20,405 nt of DNA, from assembly GCA_964593225.1 (NCBI GenBank), contig CAZQHJ010000026.1, positions 1 through 20,405 of the forward strand, read 5' to 3'. Shown here in pieces: positions 8,286-16,256 of this stretch. The notes beneath the pieces are model-generated. The model saw only the letters and a program-made list of their open reading frames with translations. It made no database searches and was not told where the DNA came from. The DNA is from an uncultured Thiotrichales bacterium. GTDB lineage: Bacteria; Pseudomonadota; Gammaproteobacteria; HK1. Position 1 is the first letter of the stretch, and the number at the start of each line of letters is the position of its first letter. The position numbers and the translations under genes are program-made.

Positions 8286-9542
8286 ATGAATCGGACAACA
8301 CACGCCAATGCCCCGCCGGGCGAGAGAATCGACTCCCTGATGCGGTTCCTGTGGTGGTGCTCCGGGGCCGTCGTCTCCATGCTGAAAGACTACCCAACCG
8401 AATACAGCAAATATTTCGGGATAGGCGGCGCCATCTTCACCACCTGGTTGCTGGCGACCATCAGCGGCATCTATGCCTTCTACACCATGATTGGGAGTTA
8501 CTTTGTCGCGATTCCCATTGGCATCGTCTGGGGCTGGGTCATCTTCAATCTGGACCGGTTCATCACCTCCAGCATGAAAAAACCGGGCAACGAGATCGAC
8601 GAGGCCTTTTTCTCCGAACGCATCGGGGCCTTTCTCTCGGAATTCCTGCCGGCGATTCCCCGTATTCTGATTGCCGTGATCATCGGTTATTCCATCTCCA
8701 TTCCCCTGGAACTGCGGTTGTTCGAGTCCGAGGTGCTGGAACAGGTAAAAGAGATCGAAAAGATCGAGATGCAGCGGTACGTGGAGCGACTGCGCCAGGA
8801 ACGGGACAAGGTCATCTCTTCCCTCAAGTCCGAACGCGTAGCATTGAAACAGGAAGAAGACGAACTGCGCGAGGAATACGGACGCGGTCGGGAAGAAATC
8901 GCGCGCATGGAAGAACGCATCAAGGGACTTCGGCGGGAGTTGCAGGCCGATCTTGAAGAACACGCCTCGAAGATCACGGCGTTCCAGGCGGAAATAACCG
9001 GAACTGGCGGAACCGGACTGCCGGGCTATGGCAAAGTGGCGGGCCTCAAGGAGGATTTGATGAAAAAAACCGGCGATTGGTATCAGTCGAGCCAGGATCA
9101 AACCATGAAAAGGATCGAATCCATGGGTCAGCGGATTCTGGAGATCAACGGACGCCATAACCAATCCGCGCTCCGGCTCGATAGGCAGCTAACAGGTATC
9201 GAAACCGAGATCGAAAAAGCCAAGGAAGCGTTCGAGAAAGAGAAAGACAGGGTCCACGAAGAAGGCATGCGCCACGGGTTCCTGACCCAGGTCAAGGCGC
9301 TCTATCGGGTCTCGGCCCAGGAAGGCAACGAGGCCATCGAATGGGCGCACACCATCTTCGTGCTCCTGATCATTCTGGTGGAACTGGGTCCGATCATCGT
9401 CAAGCTGCTCTCGCCACGCGGACCTTACGATGCGCGGGTCGACCGTGAAAACAAGTTGGCGATGATCGGCATGGATAATGATGTGATTAAAGAACGTTCG
9501 ATAGCCATTCGAAATAGAAGAACCGGGAAGCACTTGACGTGA
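8286..9542 (+). CDS. DUF4407-like membrane protein: N-terminal multi-TM region, ~200-aa coiled coil, C-terminal TM helix
   Basis: N-terminal RFLWWCSGAV...YFGIGGAIFTT...NLDRFITSSMKK matches my recollection of the conserved DUF4407 (PF14362) N-terminus; this is unverified. ELRLFESEVLEQ...coiled coil. IFVLLIILVELGPIIVKLL C-terminal TM. Sits 10 bp after the flotillin stop. Confidence 0.6.
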   Translation: MNRTTHANAPPGERIDSLMRFLWWCSGAVVSMLKDYPTEYSKYFGIGGAIFTTWLLATISGIYAFYTMIGSYFVAIPIGIVWGWVIFNLDRFITSSMKKPGNEIDEAFFSERIGAFLSEFLPAIPRILIAVIIGYSISIPLELRLFESEVLEQVKEIEKIEMQRYVERLRQERDKVISSLKSERVALKQEEDELREEYGRGREEIARMEERIKGLRRELQADLEEHASKITAFQAEITGTGGTGLPGYGKVAGLKEDLMKKTGDWYQSSQDQTMKRIESMGQRILEINGRHNQSALRLDRQLTGIETEIEKAKEAFEKEKDRVHEEGMRHGFLTQVKALYRVSAQEGNEAIEWAHTIFVLLIILVELGPIIVKLLSPRGPYDARVDRENKLAMIGMDNDVIKERSIAIRNRRTGKHLT

Positions 9543-9567
9543 ATTCCGGCTAAATAGAGGAAATCGT

Positions 9568-11424
9568 GTGACACAAAAACAGAATCCTATCCCGGAGCGA
9601 GAGAAATCTTCCGGTCATCCTTCCGAGGTTCACCAACTAAAGGAAAAGTTGGAACAGGAGGTCTCCAATCTGAAAGAGGCAAATAATAGGGTATCGAAAA
9701 AACTGACGGTTTTCCCAACATTCACGATGTTGCTTTTGGTGACGATATTTCTTCTATTTATTTCCTCTGTCGTCGTGAATGACATACGTATGGCCAGGCA
9801 GATAGAAAACCGGATAGAGCTATCCAAAGGCGAGATAGAATCCTCGCTAACGGATGCCATCACGCATGATATGCTGGGTGAAATAGCGAAAATACAAGAT
9901 ATATCCGATGGCGCCGCACTGATCGAAAGATTATATAAAATCGCTGAAGAAACCAATCAACAGCTGAAAGATAAAATCAGCCGAATAGAATTTCAGCAGA
10001 ATATGATTGTCGATGGCGCGCAAGGGGCCCTGGAGAATATGTATTTTATATTCACCGCGGTGGCGGCCTTGTTTTCCCTCCTCGGCATTTACTTTGCCTA
10101 TCGGCATATTCACTTGGAATCGAAAAAGGAGGAATCACAGGAAAGGCACGACCAGGAAATGAGAGGCCTGGTGGGATCATTCCAGAACAACATCAATACA
10201 ATCAATTCTCTGGTGGCCACATTGGAGAAAAGCTACGCATATAGACAAATTGTAGAAGAGCAAATAGAAGAACTAAAAGAAGATGCCTCTTTATTCGAGA
10301 AGCGTCACAAGGAAGATGAAGAAAAGTTTCGTCAATCCATTGCTGAGCTCAACGCTAATGCGGTAAGGCTCTACAAAGCAAATATCTCCAGAACCACGTT
10401 GAATCAGGAGGAACGAAGGCGAGAGTTGAATGCTTTCGCTAACCGGATGAGCAATATGGAATCCAGTCGCGACATAGCAAGCGATATAAATCCCTTCTGT
10501 TATTATATGCGCGGATTGAGCCATGTCGCCAACTATAGATTCATGGATGGAATTAGGGATCTGGAAACTGCCTATAAAAAAGGCACGGACGATTTGTCAG
10601 GAATAAAAGAAGAAAACTATGCAGGGGAGCACATAATCCGTATACGCGAAGATCTAAATAAGATGCTCGTTGACGCGTGTTACTTTCAGGCCAATTCCTA
10701 TAAGAATCTGGGAAAATATAAAGAGAGTATTGCCAAGTTCTCCGAGGCCATTCGGCTCGATCCCAAACACCTGGACTCACTTGTTACCAGAGTACAGGTG
10801 ATGTTCTTCGATAAAGATGTCCCATTTGGAGCGGTTGAAGAAGAGTGTGAAAAACTGGATCGGGCATTCAATTCGTTCAGTGATGCGGACGTTGACGAGG
10901 CTGCCTTGAAAGAGGCGAAAAAATTCCTGAAACTTTACCAGGGAAATATGTATTTAAGTAAGGAGAAGCGACTCTTGCCGAAATTCCGTGCCGCATATGA
11001 GAAGTATGAGGATAAGGCGAAGGCACTGGAATTCTACGGGCAGGCATATGATGATTCTCCATCGGCTCGCCCTGCCTTTGCCGTTGCGCAGGCTATGGAG
11101 GGCGTTGGGCCATCCTCCTGGAGAAGGGGAGAAACACCGGAGAAGATGTATGAACGAGCAATAACAAAACTAAAGGATAGGGTAACACACGACCACGACC
11201 TCATATATTCCGTCATGTTGTACTATATGTTGGCCATTTGCGCGTGCAATCTACCGAGGAGAAAAGAAAGCGCGGAAATGTACTTATCACAAGCGCGACA
11301 GTGTTTAAAAGAGTTGCCTGGCGATATCACTTACTTCTCGCCCATGAACAAAATCAGATTGAAGCGGGCGGAAATATTGGAAGAAATGAACGAATTCGAG
11401 CGATCTTTTATAAAAAATAGTTGA
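9568..11424 (+). CDS. Hypothetical 618-aa membrane protein: two TM helices bracketing a ~90-aa loop, then coiled coil and TPR-like C-terminal repeats; markedly AT-rich gene
   Basis: GTG start with RBS AGAGGAAA. TM1 VFPTFTMLLLVTIFLLFISSVVV and TM2 MYFIFTAVAALFSLLGIYFAY. TPR-like ANSYKNLGKYKESIAKFSEAIRLDPKHLDS. GC is visibly lower than the flanks. 26 bp downstream of the DUF4407-like gene. Confidence 0.65.
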   Translation: MTQKQNPIPEREKSSGHPSEVHQLKEKLEQEVSNLKEANNRVSKKLTVFPTFTMLLLVTIFLLFISSVVVNDIRMARQIENRIELSKGEIESSLTDAITHDMLGEIAKIQDISDGAALIERLYKIAEETNQQLKDKISRIEFQQNMIVDGAQGALENMYFIFTAVAALFSLLGIYFAYRHIHLESKKEESQERHDQEMRGLVGSFQNNINTINSLVATLEKSYAYRQIVEEQIEELKEDASLFEKRHKEDEEKFRQSIAELNANAVRLYKANISRTTLNQEERRRELNAFANRMSNMESSRDIASDINPFCYYMRGLSHVANYRFMDGIRDLETAYKKGTDDLSGIKEENYAGEHIIRIREDLNKMLVDACYFQANSYKNLGKYKESIAKFSEAIRLDPKHLDSLVTRVQVMFFDKDVPFGAVEEECEKLDRAFNSFSDADVDEAALKEAKKFLKLYQGNMYLSKEKRLLPKFRAAYEKYEDKAKALEFYGQAYDDSPSARPAFAVAQAMEGVGPSSWRRGETPEKMYERAITKLKDRVTHDHDLIYSVMLYYMLAICACNLPRRKESAEMYLSQARQCLKELPGDITYFSPMNKIRLKRAEILEEMNEFERSFIKNS

Positions 11425-11505
11425 TGATCGGCCTCTCGAGTGTATTAAAAATTTATCCGGTTTTAAGGGTTCGTAGCGAGAGGAAGTGGAGTCGGGAAAG
11501 AAATC

Positions 11506-12993
11506 GTGAACAAAAACGCCAACCTATACACACAATTCACCCATCACTTCCCCGAGGACCGCTCCCGAATCGTCATCGGGACGCCCACCGGGCAAAGCCG
11601 GTCCTATGGAGAGCTGGAACACCGGAGCGCCCGCCTTGCCAACCGCCTCACGGGGCTCGGCATCGGCAAGGGGGACCGGATTGCCGTCCTGGTGGAAAAA
11701 TCCCCCGAAGCGCTTTTCCTATATCTCGCCTGCCTCCGGGCCGGGATCATCTACCTGCCGCTCAATACCGCCTACCGATTACCGGAAATCGATTATTTCT
11801 TCTCCGACGCGGAGCCCAAGGCCGTGGTGTGTCGGCCCAAGGCATGGGAAGAGATCGCCCCACTGGCGGCGCGACACGGAATCGGACAGGTCCTTACCCT
11901 GGGAGAAGAAGGGGAGGGGACGCTTATCGAGATGGCCGGATCGGGTGATTCGGAATTCGAGACGGTCCCTTGCAAGGAAGAGGAAATTGCGGCCATCCTG
12001 TACACCTCCGGCACCACCGGACAGCCCAAGGGCGCCCTGTTGACCCACGGGAATCTTGCTACCAACGCGCTTACGCTAAAAAAGGCGTGGCGTTGGACCT
12101 CATCCGATGTGCTGCTCCATGCACTGCCGCTTTTCCATGTACACGGCCTCTTCGTGGCCTGCCATTGTGTGTTGATGAGCGGGGCCAGGATGTTCCTGCT
12201 GCCAAGGTTCCATGTGGATTCCGTATTGGCCCGGCTACCCCAATCGACGGTGTTCATGGGCGTGCCCACCTATTACAGTCGGCTATTGATGGAACAGGAA
12301 TTCGACGCCGATGCCTGCCGCGCCATGCGCCTGTTTATCTCGGGATCCGCGCCATTGCCGGAAAACGTCTTCCATGCCTTCCGGGCGCGTACCGGCCACG
12401 CCATCCTGGAACGCTACGGCATGACGGAAACCCTCATGAATACCTCCAACCCCTACGATGGCGAGAGAAAACCCGGTAGCGCCGGACCGGCATTGCCGAA
12501 TGTCGGTGTGCGCATCGTCAATGCGTCACCGGAAGGGGTTGGGGACATCCAGGTCAAGGGGCCGAACGTCTTCAAGGGATACTGGCGTCTGCCGGAAAAG
12601 ACCGCGCAGGAATTTACGTCGGATGGTTGGTTTCGGACCGGCGATCTTGGGACCCTGGACGAGGCGGGATACCTCTTTATCGTCGGTCGGGAAAAGGATC
12701 TCATCATCACCGGCGGCTACAATGTCTATCCCCGGGAGGTGGAACGCGTCCTGGATAGCATCGATGGTATACGGGAGTCGGCCGTCATCGGCCTGCCCGA
12801 TGTGGATTATGGGGAAAGGCTAACCGCGTTTGTGATACTTGAGCCAAATCGGAAAACCATCACTGCGGAAGAAATCATTGCCATGCTAAAACAGTCCATC
12901 GCAAACTATAAAGTGCCCAAACAGGTACGGTTCATCGACGAATTTCCCAGAAACGCCATGGGAAAGATCCAAAAAAATTTGCTGCGCCATTAG
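11506..12993 (+). CDS. AMP-dependent acyl-CoA synthetase/ligase, malonyl-CoA synthetase (MatB)-like, 495 aa
   Basis: AMP-binding motif I LYTSGTTGQPKGALLTHGNL, YGMTET, TGDLG...GREKDLIITGGYNVYP, and C-terminal K of the ANL superfamily. GTG start preceded by GGGAAAG. Confidence 0.85.
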   Translation: MNKNANLYTQFTHHFPEDRSRIVIGTPTGQSRSYGELEHRSARLANRLTGLGIGKGDRIAVLVEKSPEALFLYLACLRAGIIYLPLNTAYRLPEIDYFFSDAEPKAVVCRPKAWEEIAPLAARHGIGQVLTLGEEGEGTLIEMAGSGDSEFETVPCKEEEIAAILYTSGTTGQPKGALLTHGNLATNALTLKKAWRWTSSDVLLHALPLFHVHGLFVACHCVLMSGARMFLLPRFHVDSVLARLPQSTVFMGVPTYYSRLLMEQEFDADACRAMRLFISGSAPLPENVFHAFRARTGHAILERYGMTETLMNTSNPYDGERKPGSAGPALPNVGVRIVNASPEGVGDIQVKGPNVFKGYWRLPEKTAQEFTSDGWFRTGDLGTLDEAGYLFIVGREKDLIITGGYNVYPREVERVLDSIDGIRESAVIGLPDVDYGERLTAFVILEPNRKTITAEEIIAMLKQSIANYKVPKQVRFIDEFPRNAMGKIQKNLLRH

Positions 12994-12996
12994 GTG

Positions 12997-13216
12997 CAGG
13001 GCAACCGAATGAAACTGTTTTCCAATTGCCATTGACGTATTTTGTTGCCGGAACATAGCCCTTTTGAGGAATTCGAAGGCAAGTTCGAAGCTTGGTCTCC
13101 TTACTATCGATAGTCAAAACCGGGCGATTTCAACTAAAACGGGCTCTGTTGGACACCGGAAACACCTCCATTTGCCAGATTTGTCAATATAAAAATACTT
13201 TCATTCGGTTGCCCTG
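12997..13216. mobile_element. MITE: 220-bp AT-rich non-coding element with perfect 18-bp terminal inverted repeats CAGGGCAACCGAATGAAA (12997-13014 / 13199-13216), flanked by a 10-bp direct target-site duplication CCATTAGGTG (12987-12996 and 13217-13226)
   Basis: All read directly from the sequence. The left duplication copy contains the TAG stop of the acyl-CoA synthetase gene. No ORF in the interior; the imperfect inverted repeat extends to ~26 bp. Confidence 0.6.
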
Positions 13217-13591
13217 CCATTAGGTGTAGCATTCCATGAAATTCTGATAAACTCTGTTTTTCGGGAACAAAGCCGGGAATACCGGATTGTGCTTCCGACT
13301 AAGGCAAGAATGCGCGAGAGAGCTGCGTTTACGAAAGGTAAGTGGGCATTTCCTCGTATCTTCAACGCACTCAGGGAGTACAGATGGATTTGTATATCGC
13401 TTATTTTCATTCATAATAAGCTTTATCCGCCCTCGTGTGTAACTTTTTTCCGGCAAGCTATTGATTTTCCGAATGCCGTTTTTTAGCATGGACCGAAGAT
13501 AATGGCGCCGGAAAAAAGTTGCACGCGAAAGTTTTTCCGTATAAAACTTGTTTTCAATCAATTTTCCGTTAACTAACGATGGAGACTGCAA

Positions 13592-14059
13592 ATGCCTACT
13601 TTCGTTCGTACCGAAAAGTGTGACGGCTGCAAGGGGCAAGACAAAACCGCTTGCATGTACATTTGCCCACACGATCTCATGAAGTTGGACAAGGATGGGA
13701 CTGATACCGGTAACGCCATGAAGGCCTACAACCAAGAGCCGGAGCAATGCTGGGAGTGCTACTCCTGCGTGAAGATTTGCCCGCAAAACGCCATCGAATG
13801 CCGCCACTACGCCGACGTCGTACCCCTCGGTGGCTCCGTACAACCCCTGCGCGGTACCGATTCCATCATGTGGACCATCAAGTTCCGTAACGGTACACTC
13901 AAGCGCTTCAAATTCCCCATCCGCACCACCCCCGAAGGCTCCATCGACCCCTACAAGGGCAAGCCCGCCGCCGAGATGTCCAAAATCGAAGAACCCGGTT
14001 TCTTCTGCCAGGAAAACGGTTTCCGGGCCGGCGATCGCAGCGAGTTGATTTGCCTGTAG
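13592..14059 (+). CDS. aprB: Adenylylsulfate (APS) reductase beta subunit AprB (2x[4Fe-4S])
   Basis: MPTFVRTEKCDGCKG...CMYICP and CWECYSCVKICP cysteine clusters, plus the conserved AprB C-terminal tail (MWTIKFRNG...RFKFPIRTTPEGS). RBS GGAGA. Confidence 0.9.
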   Translation: MPTFVRTEKCDGCKGQDKTACMYICPHDLMKLDKDGTDTGNAMKAYNQEPEQCWECYSCVKICPQNAIECRHYADVVPLGGSVQPLRGTDSIMWTIKFRNGTLKRFKFPIRTTPEGSIDPYKGKPAAEMSKIEEPGFFCQENGFRAGDRSELICL

Positions 14060-14124
14060 ACAAGGGCCCTCGCGCTTACAGTTGGGTAAATAATTAAATT
14101 AAAAACCATTCGAGGATCAAAGTA

Positions 14125-16116
14125 ATGTCTGATGGTATTTTTGGTAATCCCCAGGTTATCGAGGAAGAGGTCGATATCCTATTGATTGGTGGTGGTATGG
14201 CCTGTTGTGGTGCCGCCTTTGAAATCATGCGGTGGCTCGAAGCCGAGGGCAGTGGCCTCAAGGTAAAGTTGGTCGACAAGGCCGCCATGGATCGCTCCGG
14301 CGCCGTGGCCCAGGGACTGTCCGCCATCAACACCTATATCGGTACAGAGCAGGATCCCGCCGACTATGCCCGCATGGTCTCCAACGACCTCATGGGCATC
14401 ACCCGCGACGATTTGGCCTATGATCTCGGTCGCCATGTGGACGAATCCGTGCATCTGTTCGAAGAATGGGGCCTGCCCATTTGGAAGACCGACGAAAACG
14501 GCGAGCGTCACGATGGCTCCAAGGGTCTGCCCGCGCTGAAAGACGGCGGCAAACCCGTGCGTTCCGGTAAGTGGCAAATCATGATCAACGGTGAATCCTA
14601 CAAGTGGATCGTCGCCGAAGCCGCCAAGAAGGCGCTGGGTGTGGACAACATCCAGGAGCGCGTCTTCATCGTCAAGCTGGTCAACGACAAAAACAAACCC
14701 AATCAGGTCTGTGGCGCGGTCGGTTTCTCCGTTCGCGAAAACAAGATCTATGTCTACAAGTTCAAGGCCTGCCTACTGGCCGCCGGTGGTTGCGTGAACA
14801 TCTTCCGTCCGCGTTCCGTGGGCGAAGGCACGGGCCGCGCTTGGTACCCCGTCTGGAATTCCGGTTCCACCTACTCCATGGCCGCCGAGGCCGGCGCCGA
14901 GCTGACCATGATGGAAAACCGCTTCGTGCCGACCCGCTTCAAGGACGGTTACGGTCCGGTAGGCGCTTGGTTCCTGCTCTTCAAGTCCGTTGCGACCAAC
15001 GCCTTGGGCGAGCAGTATATGCAACGCAACAAGGAGATGCTGGACGACTATCCGCCCTATGGCAAGGCCGCCGTCCCTGCTTCCTGCCTGCGTAACCACC
15101 TCATGCTCAAAGAGATGAAGGAAGGCCGCGGTCCCATCTACATGGATACCGTCACGGCGCTTGCCAATCTCCGCGAAACCCTGAGCCCCCGCGAGGTCAA
15201 GCACCTGGAAGCCGAGGCATGGGAAGACTTCCTGGATATGTGCGTCGGTCAGTGCGGTATCTGGGTCGGTGAAAACATTGAGCCCGAGAAGAAGAACTCC
15301 GAACTCATGCCCACCGAGCCCTACCTGCTGGGTTCCCATTCCGGTTGTTGCGGCATCTGGGTCTCCGGTCCCACCGATGTCGGTGCGCCCACGGCGGAAA
15401 AAGAAAGCGGCATTCCCTCCCATCTGCCCTCCGGCTGGAACTGGGGTTACCGCTCCATGACCACCGTCAATGGTCTCTTCACGGCTGGCGATGGCGTTGG
15501 CGCCTCCGGTCACAAGTTCTCCTCCGGCTCCCACGCCGAAGGTCGCCTGTGCGCCAAGTCCATGGTCAAGTACTGCGTGGACAATAAGGACTACAAACCC
15601 GAGATGGATACCCCGGTGCAGGAACTGGTGGATGCCATTTATCAGCCCGTCAAGACCTACCTGGAGTTCAAGGACTACACCACCGCCATCGACGTGAACC
15701 CCAACTACATCACGCCGAAGATGCTGCAATTCCGTCTGCAGAAGATCATGGACGAGTACGTTGCGGGTGTGGCCACCTACTACACCACCAACGAGCATAT
15801 GCTGGCGGTTGCCGAGGACAAGCTGGAGATGCTCAAGGAAGACGCGGCCAAGATGCGCGCCAAGGACCTGCACGAACTGCTGCGGGCCTGGGAGAACTAC
15901 CACCGCATCCTGACGGCTGAAGCCCACATGAAACACATCCAGTTCCGCCAGGAAAGCCGTTATCCCGGTTTCTACTATCGCGCGGACAAAAACTTCGTGG
16001 ACGAAAAGAATTGGAAGTGCTTCGTGAACTCCATCTACGACAAGAGTACCAAGAAGTGGACCTGCTTCAAGCGCGCCCACACGGATCTGGTCGACAAGTC
16101 GAAGCTGTTCAAGTAA
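14125..16116 (+). CDS. aprA: Adenylylsulfate (APS) reductase alpha subunit AprA (FAD flavoprotein), 663 aa
   Basis: FAD fingerprint DILLIGGGMACCGAAFE. Length and motifs match the AprA / fumarate-reductase flavoprotein family. Immediately downstream of aprB, with RBS GAGGA. Confidence 0.9.
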   Translation: MSDGIFGNPQVIEEEVDILLIGGGMACCGAAFEIMRWLEAEGSGLKVKLVDKAAMDRSGAVAQGLSAINTYIGTEQDPADYARMVSNDLMGITRDDLAYDLGRHVDESVHLFEEWGLPIWKTDENGERHDGSKGLPALKDGGKPVRSGKWQIMINGESYKWIVAEAAKKALGVDNIQERVFIVKLVNDKNKPNQVCGAVGFSVRENKIYVYKFKACLLAAGGCVNIFRPRSVGEGTGRAWYPVWNSGSTYSMAAEAGAELTMMENRFVPTRFKDGYGPVGAWFLLFKSVATNALGEQYMQRNKEMLDDYPPYGKAAVPASCLRNHLMLKEMKEGRGPIYMDTVTALANLRETLSPREVKHLEAEAWEDFLDMCVGQCGIWVGENIEPEKKNSELMPTEPYLLGSHSGCCGIWVSGPTDVGAPTAEKESGIPSHLPSGWNWGYRSMTTVNGLFTAGDGVGASGHKFSSGSHAEGRLCAKSMVKYCVDNKDYKPEMDTPVQELVDAIYQPVKTYLEFKDYTTAIDVNPNYITPKMLQFRLQKIMDEYVAGVATYYTTNEHMLAVAEDKLEMLKEDAAKMRAKDLHELLRAWENYHRILTAEAHMKHIQFRQESRYPGFYYRADKNFVDEKNWKCFVNSIYDKSTKKWTCFKRAHTDLVDKSKLFK

Positions 16117-16133
16117 AGCCCGTATCCGCGTGC

Positions 16134-16162
16134 TATCGCCCCCGCGAACAGAGGGGGCGATA
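16134..16162. repeat. Palindromic hairpin TATCGCCCCC-gcgaacaga-GGGGGCGATA downstream of aprA; shares the TATCGCCC/GGGCGATA arms with the hairpin at 18669-18690
   Basis: 10-bp perfect inverted repeat. A second copy of the same arm sequence, TTATCGCCC-ggca-GGGCGATAA, lies after the stop at 18663. Confidence 0.4.
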
Positions 16163-16188
16163 CCGTGGGCAATGGGTCCGGTGACTTG

Positions 16189-16226
16189 AAAAAACCGGGT
16201 GCCGGAAAGCGCCCGGTTTTTGTTTA
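16189..16226 (+). terminator. Rho-independent terminator after aprA (A-run, 8-bp GC stem CCGGGTGC/GCGCCCGG with loop CGGAAA, then TTTTTGTTT)
   Basis: Stem-loop followed by a T-run 73 nt after the aprA stop. The A-tract before the stem makes it potentially bidirectional. Confidence 0.65.
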
Positions 16227-16256
16227 TGAATGGGTTCCAAGGGATCCCGATGAAAA

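Noticed and set aside
7127-9164. Long minus-strand ORFs (417 aa and 547 aa), the + strand alternate-frame ORF 7256-7876, and 8201-8956
   Set aside because: Opposite-strand or off-frame readings of E/K/R-rich coiled-coil genes give Ser/Leu/Arg-rich stop-free frames. The sense frames have clear flotillin and DUF4407-like architecture.
11421-12043. + ORFs 11421-11948 and 11606-12043, and minus ORFs 11779-12269, overlapping the acyl-CoA synthetase
   Set aside because: Alternate frames; the 11506 frame carries the AMP-binding motifs.
13220-13843. 207-aa minus-strand ORF spanning the aprB promoter region and aprB 5' end
   Set aside because: Crosses the MITE flank and an AT-rich intergenic region, and runs antisense to aprB. 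No motif, and atypical composition.
14773-16080. 435-aa minus-strand ORF inside aprA; also 14179-14577 (-) and 14604-15095 (+)
   Set aside because: Antisense or alternate frame of a highly expressed, codon-biased GC-rich gene. The aprA frame has the FAD motif and full-length homology.
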